IMG/VR virus record: IMGVR_UViG_3300045993_000757 | Location: 1-64,000 of that record | Reading direction: 5' to 3' (one strand) | Source of the DNA: a virus | DNA length: 64,000 nt | Shown: positions 1 through 8,069 of the stretch, piece by piece | Layout of the letters: every line of letters starts with the position of its first letter | How positions within the stretch are numbered: the stretch's first letter is position 1 | Notes under the pieces: generated by a model | The model's input: the letters and a program-made list of their open reading frames with translations, nothing else | Database searches by the model: none | What the model was told of the DNA's origin: nothing | Position numbers and translations under genes: made by a program

Positions 1-212
1 CGACCGGCGTTGGCGGCGAACCATGCGCGCCGAACTGCGGGTTTGAAGTTCATTTCGACGGCCGTCCTCTTGGACTCCGCTGCTTCCATCTCCTGATCTG
101 CCTCGATCCAGGCGCGCGCATCGGCCAGGAGTGCGGGGTCGGTGAGGATGATTCCGGTCGATTTCTTGGCGGTTTCACTGGTCCGCCCTGCCAACAACTT
201 GGTGAGACTCAT
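1..212 (-). CDS. hypothetical phage protein, runs off the left edge of the window (MSLTKLLAGRTSETAKK...)
   Basis: Manually translated open frame from ATG 212; A/C-rich leader; lies downstream of the promoter at 271-300. Confidence 0.65.
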   Translation of the reverse strand, partial: MSLTKLLAGRTSETAKKSTGIILTDPALLADARAWIEADQEMEAAESKRTAVEMNFKPAVRRAWFAANAG

Positions 213-270
213 TGTTTTATGGGGTTTTGGGATTTCTTGTCGCCTGTGCTTGATGCGGCGGCGACGTGGG

Positions 271-300
271 ATGTGTACGCTTACAACCTGATGGCGTCAA
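271..300 (-). promoter_or_regulatory. early promoter/operator copy 1 (TTGACG-N17-TACACAT)
   Basis: Same -35, 17-bp spacer and TACAnnT pattern as four other copies. Confidence 0.65.
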
Positions 301-589
301 CCGTTTTTGTCGCCCGCATCCTGCGACGTTCGCGGCGAATCGCCTGGGCGATCATCGGCCGGAACGCTGGGGCGTAGTTGGCCAAGTATCGGATGGTGCC
401 GCGATGGGCGGCGAGGTAGCCGCGGAGGAAACCCTCCGACCAGCAGATGTGCTGTCCAGCCAGGATCCGCGCTCGCTCCCTCAGGTAATCGCGATGGGCG
501 GAGGCGTAGATGGCCGCGCCCGTTTTCATAAAGTCGCTCATTTCGAGTGGGGAATCGTACCAGAGGGCGAAGCGTTTAATGGGGTTCAT
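281..589 (-). CDS. hypothetical protein (MNPIKRFALWYDS...)
   Basis: C-terminal part of track ORF 281..748; ATG 589 overlaps the upstream TGA (ATGA coupling). Confidence 0.65.
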   Translation of the reverse strand: MNPIKRFALWYDSPLEMSDFMKTGAAIYASAHRDYLRERARILAGQHICWSEGFLRGYLAAHRGTIRYLANYAPAFRPMIAQAIRRERRRMRATKTVDAIRL

Positions 590-783
590 TTGGGGGAGTG
601 ATGTGATGATGCGATTTCGTTGAGTTCCTTCCAGACGTGAACGACCAGTTGAGCCCAGGAGCATGTCCATGGGGCGCGCGTCCGGATCACCGGCCGGCGA
701 TGGTCGTCGCGCAGGACAACATCGAAACCTTCGCGTGCGATGCTCCAACCGGGCGGCAAGTCGGGGATGGGGATCTTTTTCAC
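586..783 (-). CDS. hypothetical protein
   Basis: Tightly packed between neighbours in a coupled operon. Confidence 0.6.
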   Translation of the reverse strand: MKKIPIPDLPPGWSIAREGFDVVLRDDHRRPVIRTRAPWTCSWAQLVVHVWKELNEIASSHHSPK

Positions 784-784
784 G

Positions 785-1000
785 TCAGGCTTCCATGATG
801 TCCACCCAGTCCGCCTGCTCCAACCGGAGCCGGCGCTCCTGGCAAGGGCGGCAATACTCCTCCGTCGTCACCGGCCCTCCGCAGGAGTCGCAGGTTTCGA
901 CCTGGGGGACGGATGGGAAGGCGCTGAGTTTCTCGCCGATCAGGGCGAACGGTTCATCGACGAATGGAATTTCGGTTTGCGGTGCTTTGTGTTTGGCCAT
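785..1000 (-). CDS. hypothetical Zn-ribbon protein (CxxC...CxxC)
   Basis: CDSC and CRPC motifs; ATG 6 nt after the promoter -10 hexamer (leaderless). Confidence 0.7.
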   Translation of the reverse strand: MAKHKAPQTEIPFVDEPFALIGEKLSAFPSVPQVETCDSCGGPVTTEEYCRPCQERRLRLEQADWVDIMEA

Positions 1001-1005
1001 GGCTG

Positions 1006-1035
1006 ACCTGTACGCTTCAATCTGGTACGGGTCAA
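1006..1035 (-). promoter_or_regulatory. early promoter/operator copy 2 (TTGACC-N17-TACAGGT)
   Basis: Back-to-back with copy 3; directly precedes ATG 1000. Confidence 0.75.
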
Positions 1036-1046
1036 ATCAAAAACGC

Positions 1047-1076
1047 TTGACGTGTAAGCGGTCAGGGTTTACAACT
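1047..1076 (+). promoter_or_regulatory. early promoter/operator copy 3 (TTGACG-N17-TACAACT)
   Basis: Contains GTAAGC-N7-GTTTAC inverted repeat; precedes ATG 1085. Confidence 0.75.
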
Positions 1077-1084
1077 GTCCCCGC

Positions 1085-1672
1085 ATGAGCGAAACCAACA
1101 CGCAAGACAACGAAGTGAAACGGGCGGGGGCGCATGAGCTGATCGGAAAGGTCGGCGCGATCCTGTCAGCCATCGCCAACCGGACCGGAAAGGTCACCCC
1201 TGCAATGGTTGAGGCGCGCGGCCTCATCATCAACTACTGGGCCAGCAAGCTCCCGAAATACGGGCGGTGGCTCTACCGACCCCACGACCAGGGCGAGGGA
1301 AGTCCCGGATTTTTCGTGTGTCACTGTGGGTCGGCCTGGGAACAGCACGGCACGCATGGGGCCGACTTCCATTGCAACGCCTGCGGCCAGGAGTTCAATT
1401 TCGGCGGGCAGGCACTCGCTGACCGTTCCCAATGGGGCGAGGAAACCGGCGAGTCCCCTGCCGAGGTCGCCGCTGCCTTCGGACACGTTGCGCCCGATGG
1501 TCCGGATCTGGCGTCTCTGGAAGCGTTCAGGTCTGACATTGGCGGTATGGTCGCCCCTGAGTTTGGCGACGATTGGTTCGGTCCGTTCGAGGGGGTGCGG
1601 ATCGACGACAGCGGGGCATACGTGGAATGGCCCAACCTCGCCCTATTGCTCGCGAAAGGGGGCGTGCGATGA
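1085..1672 (+). CDS. hypothetical protein with Cys/His cluster
   Basis: 195-aa ORF right after promoter; CHCG...CNAC. Confidence 0.75.
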   Translation: MSETNTQDNEVKRAGAHELIGKVGAILSAIANRTGKVTPAMVEARGLIINYWASKLPKYGRWLYRPHDQGEGSPGFFVCHCGSAWEQHGTHGADFHCNACGQEFNFGGQALADRSQWGEETGESPAEVAAAFGHVAPDGPDLASLEAFRSDIGGMVAPEFGDDWFGPFEGVRIDDSGAYVEWPNLALLLAKGGVR

Positions 1673-1863
1673 GGACGATCGCGTTCGACGAGGTGAGTAC
1701 GATTCGCATGGTGGCCGGAAACGAGAACAAGATCACCTTCGTAATCTGGGACGGATACCTAATGGAGTGGGTGGGCATCGGATGGGTCAGGGAGCGTAAG
1801 GCTACGGCTCAGGATCGCCGGCGCTATCCAAGGGTAGTCGCCAGGAAAGGGGGAGTGCGATGA
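1669..1863 (+). CDS. hypothetical protein (MRTIAFDEV...WVGIGW)
   Basis: ATGA coupling at both ends; AAAGGGGG SD-like sequence. Confidence 0.7.
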   Translation: MRTIAFDEVSTIRMVAGNENKITFVIWDGYLMEWVGIGWVRERKATAQDRRRYPRVVARKGGVR

Positions 1864-2393
1864 GGACAATGCGCGCGCCCGCTGACCTGCGCTGCCCCCG
1901 CGGCATCTCTGAGATCCGCGTGAACCTGATCCGTGAGCCCATCGCCCTCTACCACGCCGACGCCGGACCGGAGCCGGTGTGCGATACGCCGGCCGTGGCG
2001 GTGGGCGCGTTCAACTCTATCGCCCTCGCCGTGCCGGAATGGACATGGGACCGGGAAACCGCGGTCGCCCTGTTCCTGTCCACGAGGCGGCGGATCCTGG
2101 GCTGGGAGATCATCAGTCAGGGATTGCTCGACACCCTGCTTCTGCATCCGCGGGACGTGTTCCGCTCCGCCATCGTCTGCAACGCGCACGCTCTGATCCT
2201 CGCCCACTCGCACCCCAGCGGGGATCCGATGCCGAGCGAGGCGGACGTCCGCGTGACGCGGGATCTGATCCGCGCCGGCCAACTGATCCGGATCGAACTG
2301 ATCGATCATGTCGTCGTCGGGGCCCCTGACCTGCGTCGGCCAGGATGCCGCGGTTGGTCGAGTCTGAAGGAGCTAGGCTACTTTTTAATTTGA
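1860..2393 (+). CDS. radC: RadC-like JAB/MPN domain protein
   Basis: E...LHPRDVF...HSHPSGDPxPSxAD...LIDHVVV JAB motif set. Confidence 0.92.
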   Translation: MRTMRAPADLRCPRGISEIRVNLIREPIALYHADAGPEPVCDTPAVAVGAFNSIALAVPEWTWDRETAVALFLSTRRRILGWEIISQGLLDTLLLHPRDVFRSAIVCNAHALILAHSHPSGDPMPSEADVRVTRDLIRAGQLIRIELIDHVVVGAPDLRRPGCRGWSSLKELGYFLI

Positions 2394-2419
2394 CACGTAA
2401 GCTCAACTAGCTTACAACT
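2390..2419 (+). promoter_or_regulatory. early promoter/operator copy 4 (TTGACA-N17-TACAACT)
   Basis: Perfect -35; perfect GTAAGC-N7-GCTTAC inverted repeat. Confidence 0.8.
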
Positions 2420-2428
2420 GTCCGCGCA

Positions 2429-2509
2429 ATGAAACTCACTGAGCACATAGGGGCGGCAATCTTCTGCGCCGCCCTCGTCGTCATCGCCTTCCTCATCCTC
2501 TGCCTGTGA
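2429..2509 (+). CDS. 26-aa single-TM peptide MKLTEHIGAAIFCAALVVIAFLILCL
   Basis: First ATG after promoter copy 4; one hydrophobic helix. Confidence 0.55.
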   Translation: MKLTEHIGAAIFCAALVVIAFLILCL

Positions 2510-2535
2510 AACATCCACGCAACCTCACTACCCTA

Positions 2536-2751
2536 ATGCACCTCGAAATCACCAACACCGACAACGCCGCCTTTCGAGGCGACGACGAGCCATCCGCGGA
2601 GGCCATGACCGCGGAGGTCGCCAGGATCCTGCGGGTTGTGGCTGGCAAGATTCTTCAAGGCCACACGGAAGGCACCTGCCGAGACATAAACGGCAACCCC
2701 GTGGGCAACTGGGCCCTGGGCCCCGACATGCCGGCCGAGAACGAGGAGTAA
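2536..2751 (+). CDS. small phage protein (TDNAAF...EVARILR...DINGNPVG type)
   Basis: Motif pattern recalled from small phage hypothetical proteins; A/C-rich leader. Confidence 0.75.
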   Translation: MHLEITNTDNAAFRGDDEPSAEAMTAEVARILRVVAGKILQGHTEGTCRDINGNPVGNWALGPDMPAENEE

Positions 2752-2915
2752 CCCATGACAACAACGACATACCAGAAAGCCGCGCCCAACGATTGGGAGC
2801 AGTTGCGCCGGATCTGTGGCGCGTCTCAACACAAGTGCATCGTCAGCCTGAGCCGAGGCGAGGAGGGCGGGAGACGTTCCCCGCAGGCTTTTTGCGCTGT
2901 AAAGCGAAAGGGGGC

Positions 2916-2945
2916 TTGACACGTAAGCGGTGGGGGCGTACAAGT
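2916..2945 (+). promoter_or_regulatory. early promoter/operator copy 5 (TTGACA-N17-TACAAGT)
   Basis: GTAAGC-N7-GCGTAC; ATG 2951 follows (leaderless). Confidence 0.8.
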
Positions 2946-2950
2946 GCGGC

Positions 2951-3205
2951 ATGGCGAACACCACCAGCACCGAAACGAAAGCAACGAAGCGCGCGATCCG
3001 ATACTTCACCACCGCCCCCGGCGCGGATCCTGAAACGCAGATGCGAAACGGATCCTTCATGCGCCAAAGCCTCTTCGGCGTTTCGTGGTTCGCGAATGGC
3101 GACTTCATGGGAATGACGGAGCACACCCCCGAAAGCCTGCTCACCGCGGGCCACACTGAAATCCCCCACGAGATGACCAAGCTGCTCCCTGCCTGCTGCC
3201 GCTGA
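2951..3205 (+). CDS. hypothetical protein
   Basis: ATG immediately after promoter copy 5. Confidence 0.7.
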   Translation: MANTTSTETKATKRAIRYFTTAPGADPETQMRNGSFMRQSLFGVSWFANGDFMGMTEHTPESLLTAGHTEIPHEMTKLLPACCR

Positions 3206-3287
3206 TTCGCCCTCGGTCCCAGGTGCCGCCGGCAACGGTAGGCACTTGAGGCCGGAGGCAATCACGCCGGCCGGAAGCAACCAAAAA

Positions 3288-3515
3288 ATGAAACTCACAT
3301 TCCGCGTATCGTCGGGGACCATGATGACAGGCCCAGGTTACGGGCAACTAGCAACCTACTGGCCAGTTGGGTGGCCTGTAGTCAACGGGCTGTCTAGGCG
3401 GTTCGGAACGGACCTAGGGACGGAGGTGGCAGTGCAGGTTAAACCGTCCTCCTGGCGGCGGAAGGTTCGCCGCGCTTGCAATCGGGCGGGATGGACGACG
3501 GAGGGATCCAAGTGA
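3288..3515 (+). CDS. hypothetical protein
   Basis: ATG after an A-rich leader; GTGA coupling to the next ORF. Confidence 0.55.
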   Translation: MKLTFRVSSGTMMTGPGYGQLATYWPVGWPVVNGLSRRFGTDLGTEVAVQVKPSSWRRKVRRACNRAGWTTEGSK

Positions 3516-3655
3516 ACAAGGGAACCTTCATGCAGCTTCAAACGCCACTGACCGCCAAGTGCGAAGCCTGGGCGGCAGCCAACAACGCCCGCATCGCTCC
3601 GCAAGGGTGGCAGCGCATCGAGGCGGCATCGGGAACATGGGAGGTGGTGTCGTGA
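3512..3655 (+). CDS. 47-aa hypothetical protein (MNKGTFMQLQTPL...)
   Basis: Manual translation; GTGA overlaps at both ends. Confidence 0.5.
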   Translation: MNKGTFMQLQTPLTAKCEAWAAANNARIAPQGWQRIEAASGTWEVVS

Positions 3656-3894
3656 AGCTGCCCGACTGGCTCCCCATCGCCGAAGCCGAACCGTCCCCGC
3701 TTCGAACCGCGCTCCTCTGCGCGGCCTCGTACTTCCGGAACCGCAACCGCCCTGGGCTCCGGAAGTCCCGCAGCCGCCGCGCCGTAGCCGGGTACGTCGA
3801 GACATCGGTCGCCACCAACCGCCGCGAGTCCCTCGCCATGGCCCGCAAATTCATCCGGGACGCCCGCGCCATCCTCGGTCGAGTCGCCCGCTGA
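3652..3894 (+). CDS. basic hypothetical protein
   Basis: GGAGG SD before the GTG; followed by a terminator. Confidence 0.6.
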   Translation: MKLPDWLPIAEAEPSPLRTALLCAASYFRNRNRPGLRKSRSRRAVAGYVETSVATNRRESLAMARKFIRDARAILGRVAR

Positions 3895-3913
3895 CACCCA
3901 GGATCCCCACGCC

Positions 3914-3946
3914 ACCCCGCGCGCCTTCACAGGCCGCGGGGTTTTT
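3914..3946 (+). terminator. intrinsic terminator ending the early operon
   Basis: ACCCCGCG...CGCGGGGT stem followed by a T-run. Confidence 0.75.
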
Positions 3947-3949
3947 GCT

Positions 3950-4600
3950 GTCCAGGCACCGAAACGCCCGAATCCGGACGCCGCCAGCCTCCTGGGCGCC
4001 AATCCTAGCCCTCGGAGCGCAGGGGGGCGCTGTGGTGACCCTCGGGAAAAGCCGCGGTTCGCGCCCTTGGCAGCTGGGCCCATCGACCACGCCGGCCAGG
4101 ATCCCATCCGCTCGCGGCGCCCGCAGGTCCCCATCCGCCCGCAGGTCCCCGCCAGGATCCCGCGGCGCCCGCGGCGCCCGGTCTTCGGTGACGGGCGTGG
4201 GCAGCCGCCAGCGGCACGGATCCCCCAGGTGCGACCGTGACGCAGGTCCCCGGATCCCGGCAGTCCGATGGCGACATCGAACGCGGCAGCCTCGGGGGAA
4301 CACGAGCCGGGGGTGAGCACGGCAGCCGCCGCGTCCTGGCACGATGCCGACCGGCCGGATCGGCAGGCACCACCGCCGCACCGTCGCCGCACCGCCGCCG
4401 CGCGCGATGCCGGGGGCGGGGGGCGGGGCCGTGCGAGGCGCGCTCACGATCGAGTACCCGATCTGTCGGATTCTCTAAGAGTATTTTTTAGGTTATTGCA
4501 AACGGTTTGCATCTGTTGCATTTGCAATGTTCACGCCTGGGGAAAGAGGCACGAGACCAGGGTATCAAGGGTTTAAGCGCCAGCTCTCCCCCGTCCTGGT
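3950..4600. repeat. non-coding GC-rich region with short direct repeats; candidate terminus/packaging region
   Basis: Repeated GGATCCC, CGCAGGTCCCC and CGCGGCGCCC; G-tracts 4412-4428; TGCAAACgGTTTGCA palindrome; IHF-consensus TATCAAGGGTTTA at 4563-4575. Confidence 0.5.
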
Positions 4601-4617
4601 GGTTCGTGCCTCTAAAA

Positions 4618-4851
4618 TCAGTCTGTTTCCGCCCAAACCGGCCCGTTCGGAACGGTGGCCGAGATGGCGTTGAATCGAAGGAACTTCTCGGCGTCGTCCG
4701 AGGTCATTTTGTCGCGTTTCTGGAGGATTTTGACGGCCTTGGGGATGGAAACGACGGCGACGGGGCCGCTTCTTCCGCGCCAAGCCAGGCCGATGACGGC
4801 CTTTTCGAGGCCCTCGGGGATGAGGGCGTTGGGATTGGCGGATCGAATCAT
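4618..4851 (-). CDS. conserved small phage protein (EGLEKAVIG...RDKMTSDDAEKFLRFN)
   Basis: Resembles the common DGFDxAIIG...MxxEEAxEYFxFN phage family; start may instead be 4890. Confidence 0.75.
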   Translation of the reverse strand: MIRSANPNALIPEGLEKAVIGLAWRGRSGPVAVVSIPKAVKILQKRDKMTSDDAEKFLRFNAISATVPNGPVWAETD

Positions 4852-5087
4852 GGGCAGGACGTCAGATTCACCCGGAAGTCGTCGAGGCATAACGGGGAGC
4901 TTTGTGATTGGGGGGTTCCAAAACCGGCGAAGACTTTCCGATATTCTGGATGCAGTTCGGTCATCCTCGTTTTTTCATGGGGGTGGAGATCAGAATGCCA
5001 CCCCCCACCGGAGTCTCACGTTCGGCAGGGGATGGCATTTTCAGGCCCTAGCGGAGTCCGGTTTTGCCCGCCGTCTGGATCCTGAAA

Positions 5088-5336
5088 TCAGTAGGCGGAT
5101 GCCTTGGGTGCGGCGAGATCCTCCGAGGTCACCACGGTGACTTCGGGCGCCTGGGCGTTGATGGCCTCCTGGACGACTCCGAGGATGTCCTGTTGGTAGT
5201 TTCCGGGGAACTCCGAAAGGATCTTGGCGATCTTGATCGAGGCCAGGTCGGCGCGCTTGTTCAGGCGCAGGTTGTTTTCGATGGTCGAAACCAGGATCGG
5301 TTTGGGATCGGCTGGTGTTTTACGGGGTCTTGGCAT
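5088..5336 (-). CDS. hypothetical protein (MPRPRKTPADPK...)
   Basis: C-terminal part of track ORF 5088..5474; the upstream part forms hairpins. Confidence 0.65.
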   Translation of the reverse strand: MPRPRKTPADPKPILVSTIENNLRLNKRADLASIKIAKILSEFPGNYQQDILGVVQEAINAQAPEVTVVTSEDLAAPKASAY

Positions 5337-5508
5337 GGTGCAGTTTTTCCTGGAGCTTGCTGGTCCCGCCGATCGCTCCGTTGTCGGCGGGGGGTGTCCA
5401 GGGTGCGTCCAGCTTGGGATAATCAGGTGTCGAGGCTGCCCCGCCCCGGCCGCACCCTGGGGAATCGTTAGCACTTCTTCTTCCCGCCCTTTTTGGATTT
5501 AGCCATGG

Positions 5509-5934
5509 TCACTCACCTCCCTTCATGCGTTTCCCGGCCGCGGCTTCAGCGATCTGGTACGCACGTTGGCGAGTGACCCCGATGGCCGCGGAAATTTCAC
5601 GGAAGCTTTTCCCGGCTGCGCGCATCGACAGAACCTTCCGCTCGGTCTTGCTCAGTTCTAGCGAGGACTGGGGGACGTAGTTCCGGATGGTCTTCGGGTT
5701 ATCGAGCAGCAGTCCGAGCATGTTTAGGACGTTGGCGGGCGCGGCTGCCCGGCGTCCGTACTGGCGGAGCGTGGTAGGGAGGATGTTGCAGCAGGCGGCG
5801 AACTGGGCGGGGGAAACACCCGTCTTCGAGAGGACGGCATTGATCCCGGCCGAGATGGACATGGGCTGCTTGTTGTCGTCCAGGATGACCGGGTAACCGT
5901 GCTTCGAGAGATGATGATTCAGCGTGATTTTCAT
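5509..5934 (-). CDS. two-HTH DNA-binding protein (XRE-like plus sigma70 region 4/LuxR-like)
   Basis: GVSPAQFAACCNILPTTL and LSKTERKVL..GKSFREISAAIGVTRQRAYQI. Confidence 0.8.
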   Translation of the reverse strand: MKITLNHHLSKHGYPVILDDNKQPMSISAGINAVLSKTGVSPAQFAACCNILPTTLRQYGRRAAAPANVLNMLGLLLDNPKTIRNYVPQSSLELSKTERKVLSMRAAGKSFREISAAIGVTRQRAYQIAEAAAGKRMKGGE

Positions 5935-6305
5935 GCTTCAACTTTCCCAGCGGCTCCGCCTTTCTTCCGGTAGTCGATCTTTGTTCCGGCGGTCATGGCG
6001 GCGAGCTGGATGCGGGCCGTTTCTGACAGATCCTTGAGGATCGTGCGATAGGTTGCGTTCTCATTGCTGCTCAACTCCTGCCCGTTGGCTTCTGCTTTCT
6101 CGTAGAGTTGCTGCAAGCGTTTTGAAATCGTGTCCTTCCTGGCAAGCGTTTCGATCAGCAACACGGCGTAGGCTTCAGCGAACCCGCCCAGCATCATCGA
6201 GCCGCGCTTGGAAAGCCGCTCGAACTCGGCCTCACTGATCTCTCCCGTCATCAGGTGGTGTTTCGAGGCCGATGCTTTTGAGCCATTTTCGGGTCCAGTG
6301 GACAT
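5931..6305 (-). CDS. hypothetical helical protein
   Basis: ATGA coupling downstream; start may be 6251. Confidence 0.65.
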   Translation of the reverse strand: MSTGPENGSKASASKHHLMTGEISEAEFERLSKRGSMMLGGFAEAYAVLLIETLARKDTISKRLQQLYEKAEANGQELSSNENATYRTILKDLSETARIQLAAMTAGTKIDYRKKGGAAGKVEA

Positions 6306-6504
6306 GGGATGCTTCTGCGTTCAGTTCGGCGAATTCCTGGGCCTTCGCCTCCGGCCCTTTTTCCGTGTTGAAGACCAGCTCGCCCGCGAGCGTTTCGATC
6401 GTGTCGGATTCCTCGGCCAGCGAGATACGGAGCAGGTTCCCAAAGTCGCCCGTGAGAGCCTGGGACAGCTTGAGCGTGTCCGCCGATGACATGGGCTGGA
6501 TCAT
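6232..6504 (-). CDS. hypothetical protein
   Basis: Coupled to the upstream ORF. Confidence 0.6.
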   Translation of the reverse strand: MIQPMSSADTLKLSQALTGDFGNLLRISLAEESDTIETLAGELVFNTEKGPEAKAQEFAELNAEASHVHWTRKWLKSIGLETPPDDGRDQ

Positions 6505-6851
6505 GCGCCCTCAGACCAGGGGGACTCGTGAGTCCAGGAAATCTCCATGTCCTTTCCCGGCCGCCAGGGAACCCGATTGATCAAGATGATCTCAGCCCCA
6601 CCCTTGAACGTCCCGTTGAAAGGCCACTCGATGGCAATTCCCGCGTCCCATACCTCGATGCGCCATCCGTAGACCACGGGGGCCCACCCGAACACCGGCT
6701 GGTTCTTCGCCTCGTTCCAAATCTTCAGGTCGCGAAATCGATCGCGCACCTCATGGATCTTGCGCTTTCCATCCGCCATTTTGGCGTCATCGGATCCCAG
6801 GGTCTTTTTCAGTCCCTCGTCCCACAGTTTTTTGAAATCGGTGAATTTCAT
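6501..6851 (-). CDS. hypothetical protein
   Basis: Coupled operon member. Confidence 0.65.
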   Translation of the reverse strand: MKFTDFKKLWDEGLKKTLGSDDAKMADGKRKIHEVRDRFRDLKIWNEAKNQPVFGWAPVVYGWRIEVWDAGIAIEWPFNGTFKGGAEIILINRVPWRPGKDMEISWTHESPWSEGA

Positions 6852-7291
6852 AGCCTCGACTTGAGTTCATCGTTCGTCGCGGCCCGCTCACCGTCAAGCG
6901 AAATTCTCAATGACGACACTTTCCAGAGCGACGGCATCTTGAACGCGACCATCGTGCATTCCGCCTCCGGGTCGGAAGCCTTCACGCCCACCTTGCACGA
7001 GCAGCCATTGGGAAACAGCGACCCGCCATCGACGATCTGGATGACGCCGGTGTTGTCCCCACAGGTCTTGTGCTTCGGATCGTACAGGTCGCACTTCCGG
7101 CACGCGCGCAGCCGTTGCTTCCAAGCCTTCAGTGGGATCCTGGCCCGCCGGTTGAACCGCAGGAACCGCCGCGCCAGGGCCAGCCCCTCAGAGACCACGG
7201 GGGCCCCGATGCCGTACCGGTAGCGGAACCCCCGCCATGCCGCCGCAGCCACCTCGGCGTTTCGCCGCATCCATCGTGTCCAGCGTCTCAC
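6848..7291 (-). CDS. Cys-cluster (CxxC...C...CxC...C) hypothetical protein
   Basis: RLRACRKC...TCG...GCSC...AEC pattern. Confidence 0.7.
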   Translation of the reverse strand: MRRWTRWMRRNAEVAAAAWRGFRYRYGIGAPVVSEGLALARRFLRFNRRARIPLKAWKQRLRACRKCDLYDPKHKTCGDNTGVIQIVDGGSLFPNGCSCKVGVKASDPEAECTMVAFKMPSLWKVSSLRISLDGERAATNDELKSRL

Positions 7292-7506
7292 GGATTTGCC
7301 TTTCTTCCATGGCCGTTGGAAACGTGGGCGCAGTCATCGCAAAGGTGATGGCCACACACGAATCCTCCCAGCGTTTCAGTGCACCCATGCGTGGCCTTGG
7401 CTCCGCACGAGCAACACCTCGCGTCCCGGTGGGAAGAACACCCGTTGGGATTCATCGTCTCAATGCCGCACTCTCCCTCATAGGGAACCTCGTACTTGCA
7501 CTTCAT
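7288..7506 (-). CDS. small Cys/His-rich Zn-finger protein
   Basis: About ten Cys in 72 aa; ATGA overlaps. Confidence 0.7.
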   Translation of the reverse strand: MKCKYEVPYEGECGIETMNPNGCSSHRDARCCSCGAKATHGCTETLGGFVCGHHLCDDCAHVSNGHGRKANP

Positions 7507-8069
7507 GCCTCCACCCTTTCTCCCGGCTCACGGGCCGGGGCCGCGTCCGGAACCGCTGAAGCCACCTTGGCCGCGTCCAGGACGAGTTCTCTGCCAAACG
7601 CCCGAATCCAACCTTCCACCAGCAACCCGCCCACGTCGGGGTCCTCGGCGAACACCACCGGCACGTCGAACCGAACCTCCCAGGTCGCCAGGGATGCCAG
7701 CACGGCCTGGGGCGGCGTGGCGGAGGTGTACTTCCCCGCCTGGATCTCCTCCTCGGTGCCGATGATCAGCAGCCGCTTGAACCGGTAGCCGCGCAGGCGA
7801 ACCAGCTCCCGTTCGAACCGTTGGCGCTCCCGGGTCACACAGCCGACCAGGTCGTTCAGGCTCTTGCGCTCGATGGCGAACAGGTGCTCCCCGCCAACGA
7901 TCGAGTAGTCCCCGCTGACCAGGCCACGAATCACCGTCTTCAGCCCAGGCATGGCCAGGGGTGTTTGCTCGCGGCTGTCCACGATGGCCACGGGGGGCGT
8001 TCGTCCAGGATCGGACAGGAGGATCACCGGGACTCGCCGGGCACGGCCACGGCTGCGAGTGACGATCAC
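7503..8069 (-). CDS. ERCC4 (XPF/Mus81) domain nuclease
   Basis: VDSREQ...GDY...IERKSLNDL catalytic motif. Confidence 0.92.
   Translation of the reverse strand: MIVTRSRGRARRVPVILLSDPGRTPPVAIVDSREQTPLAMPGLKTVIRGLVSGDYSIVGGEHLFAIERKSLNDLVGCVTRERQRFERELVRLRGYRFKRLLIIGTEEEIQAGKYTSATPPQAVLASLATWEVRFDVPVVFAEDPDVGGLLVEGWIRAFGRELVLDAAKVASAVPDAAPAREPGERVEA

Noticed and set aside
4098-4260. Possible CRISPR array
   Set aside because: Repeats are 7-11 bp and irregularly spaced, with no spacer periodicity and no cas genes
3538-4576. Arg/Pro/Gly-rich ORFs across the repeat region
   Set aside because: Low-complexity translation of very GC-rich repeats; no start context or coupling
5039-5087. Resemblance to a c-di-GMP riboswitch (GGGCAAAACC)
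   Set aside because: Second stem and GACGCAAAGC-like elements are missing
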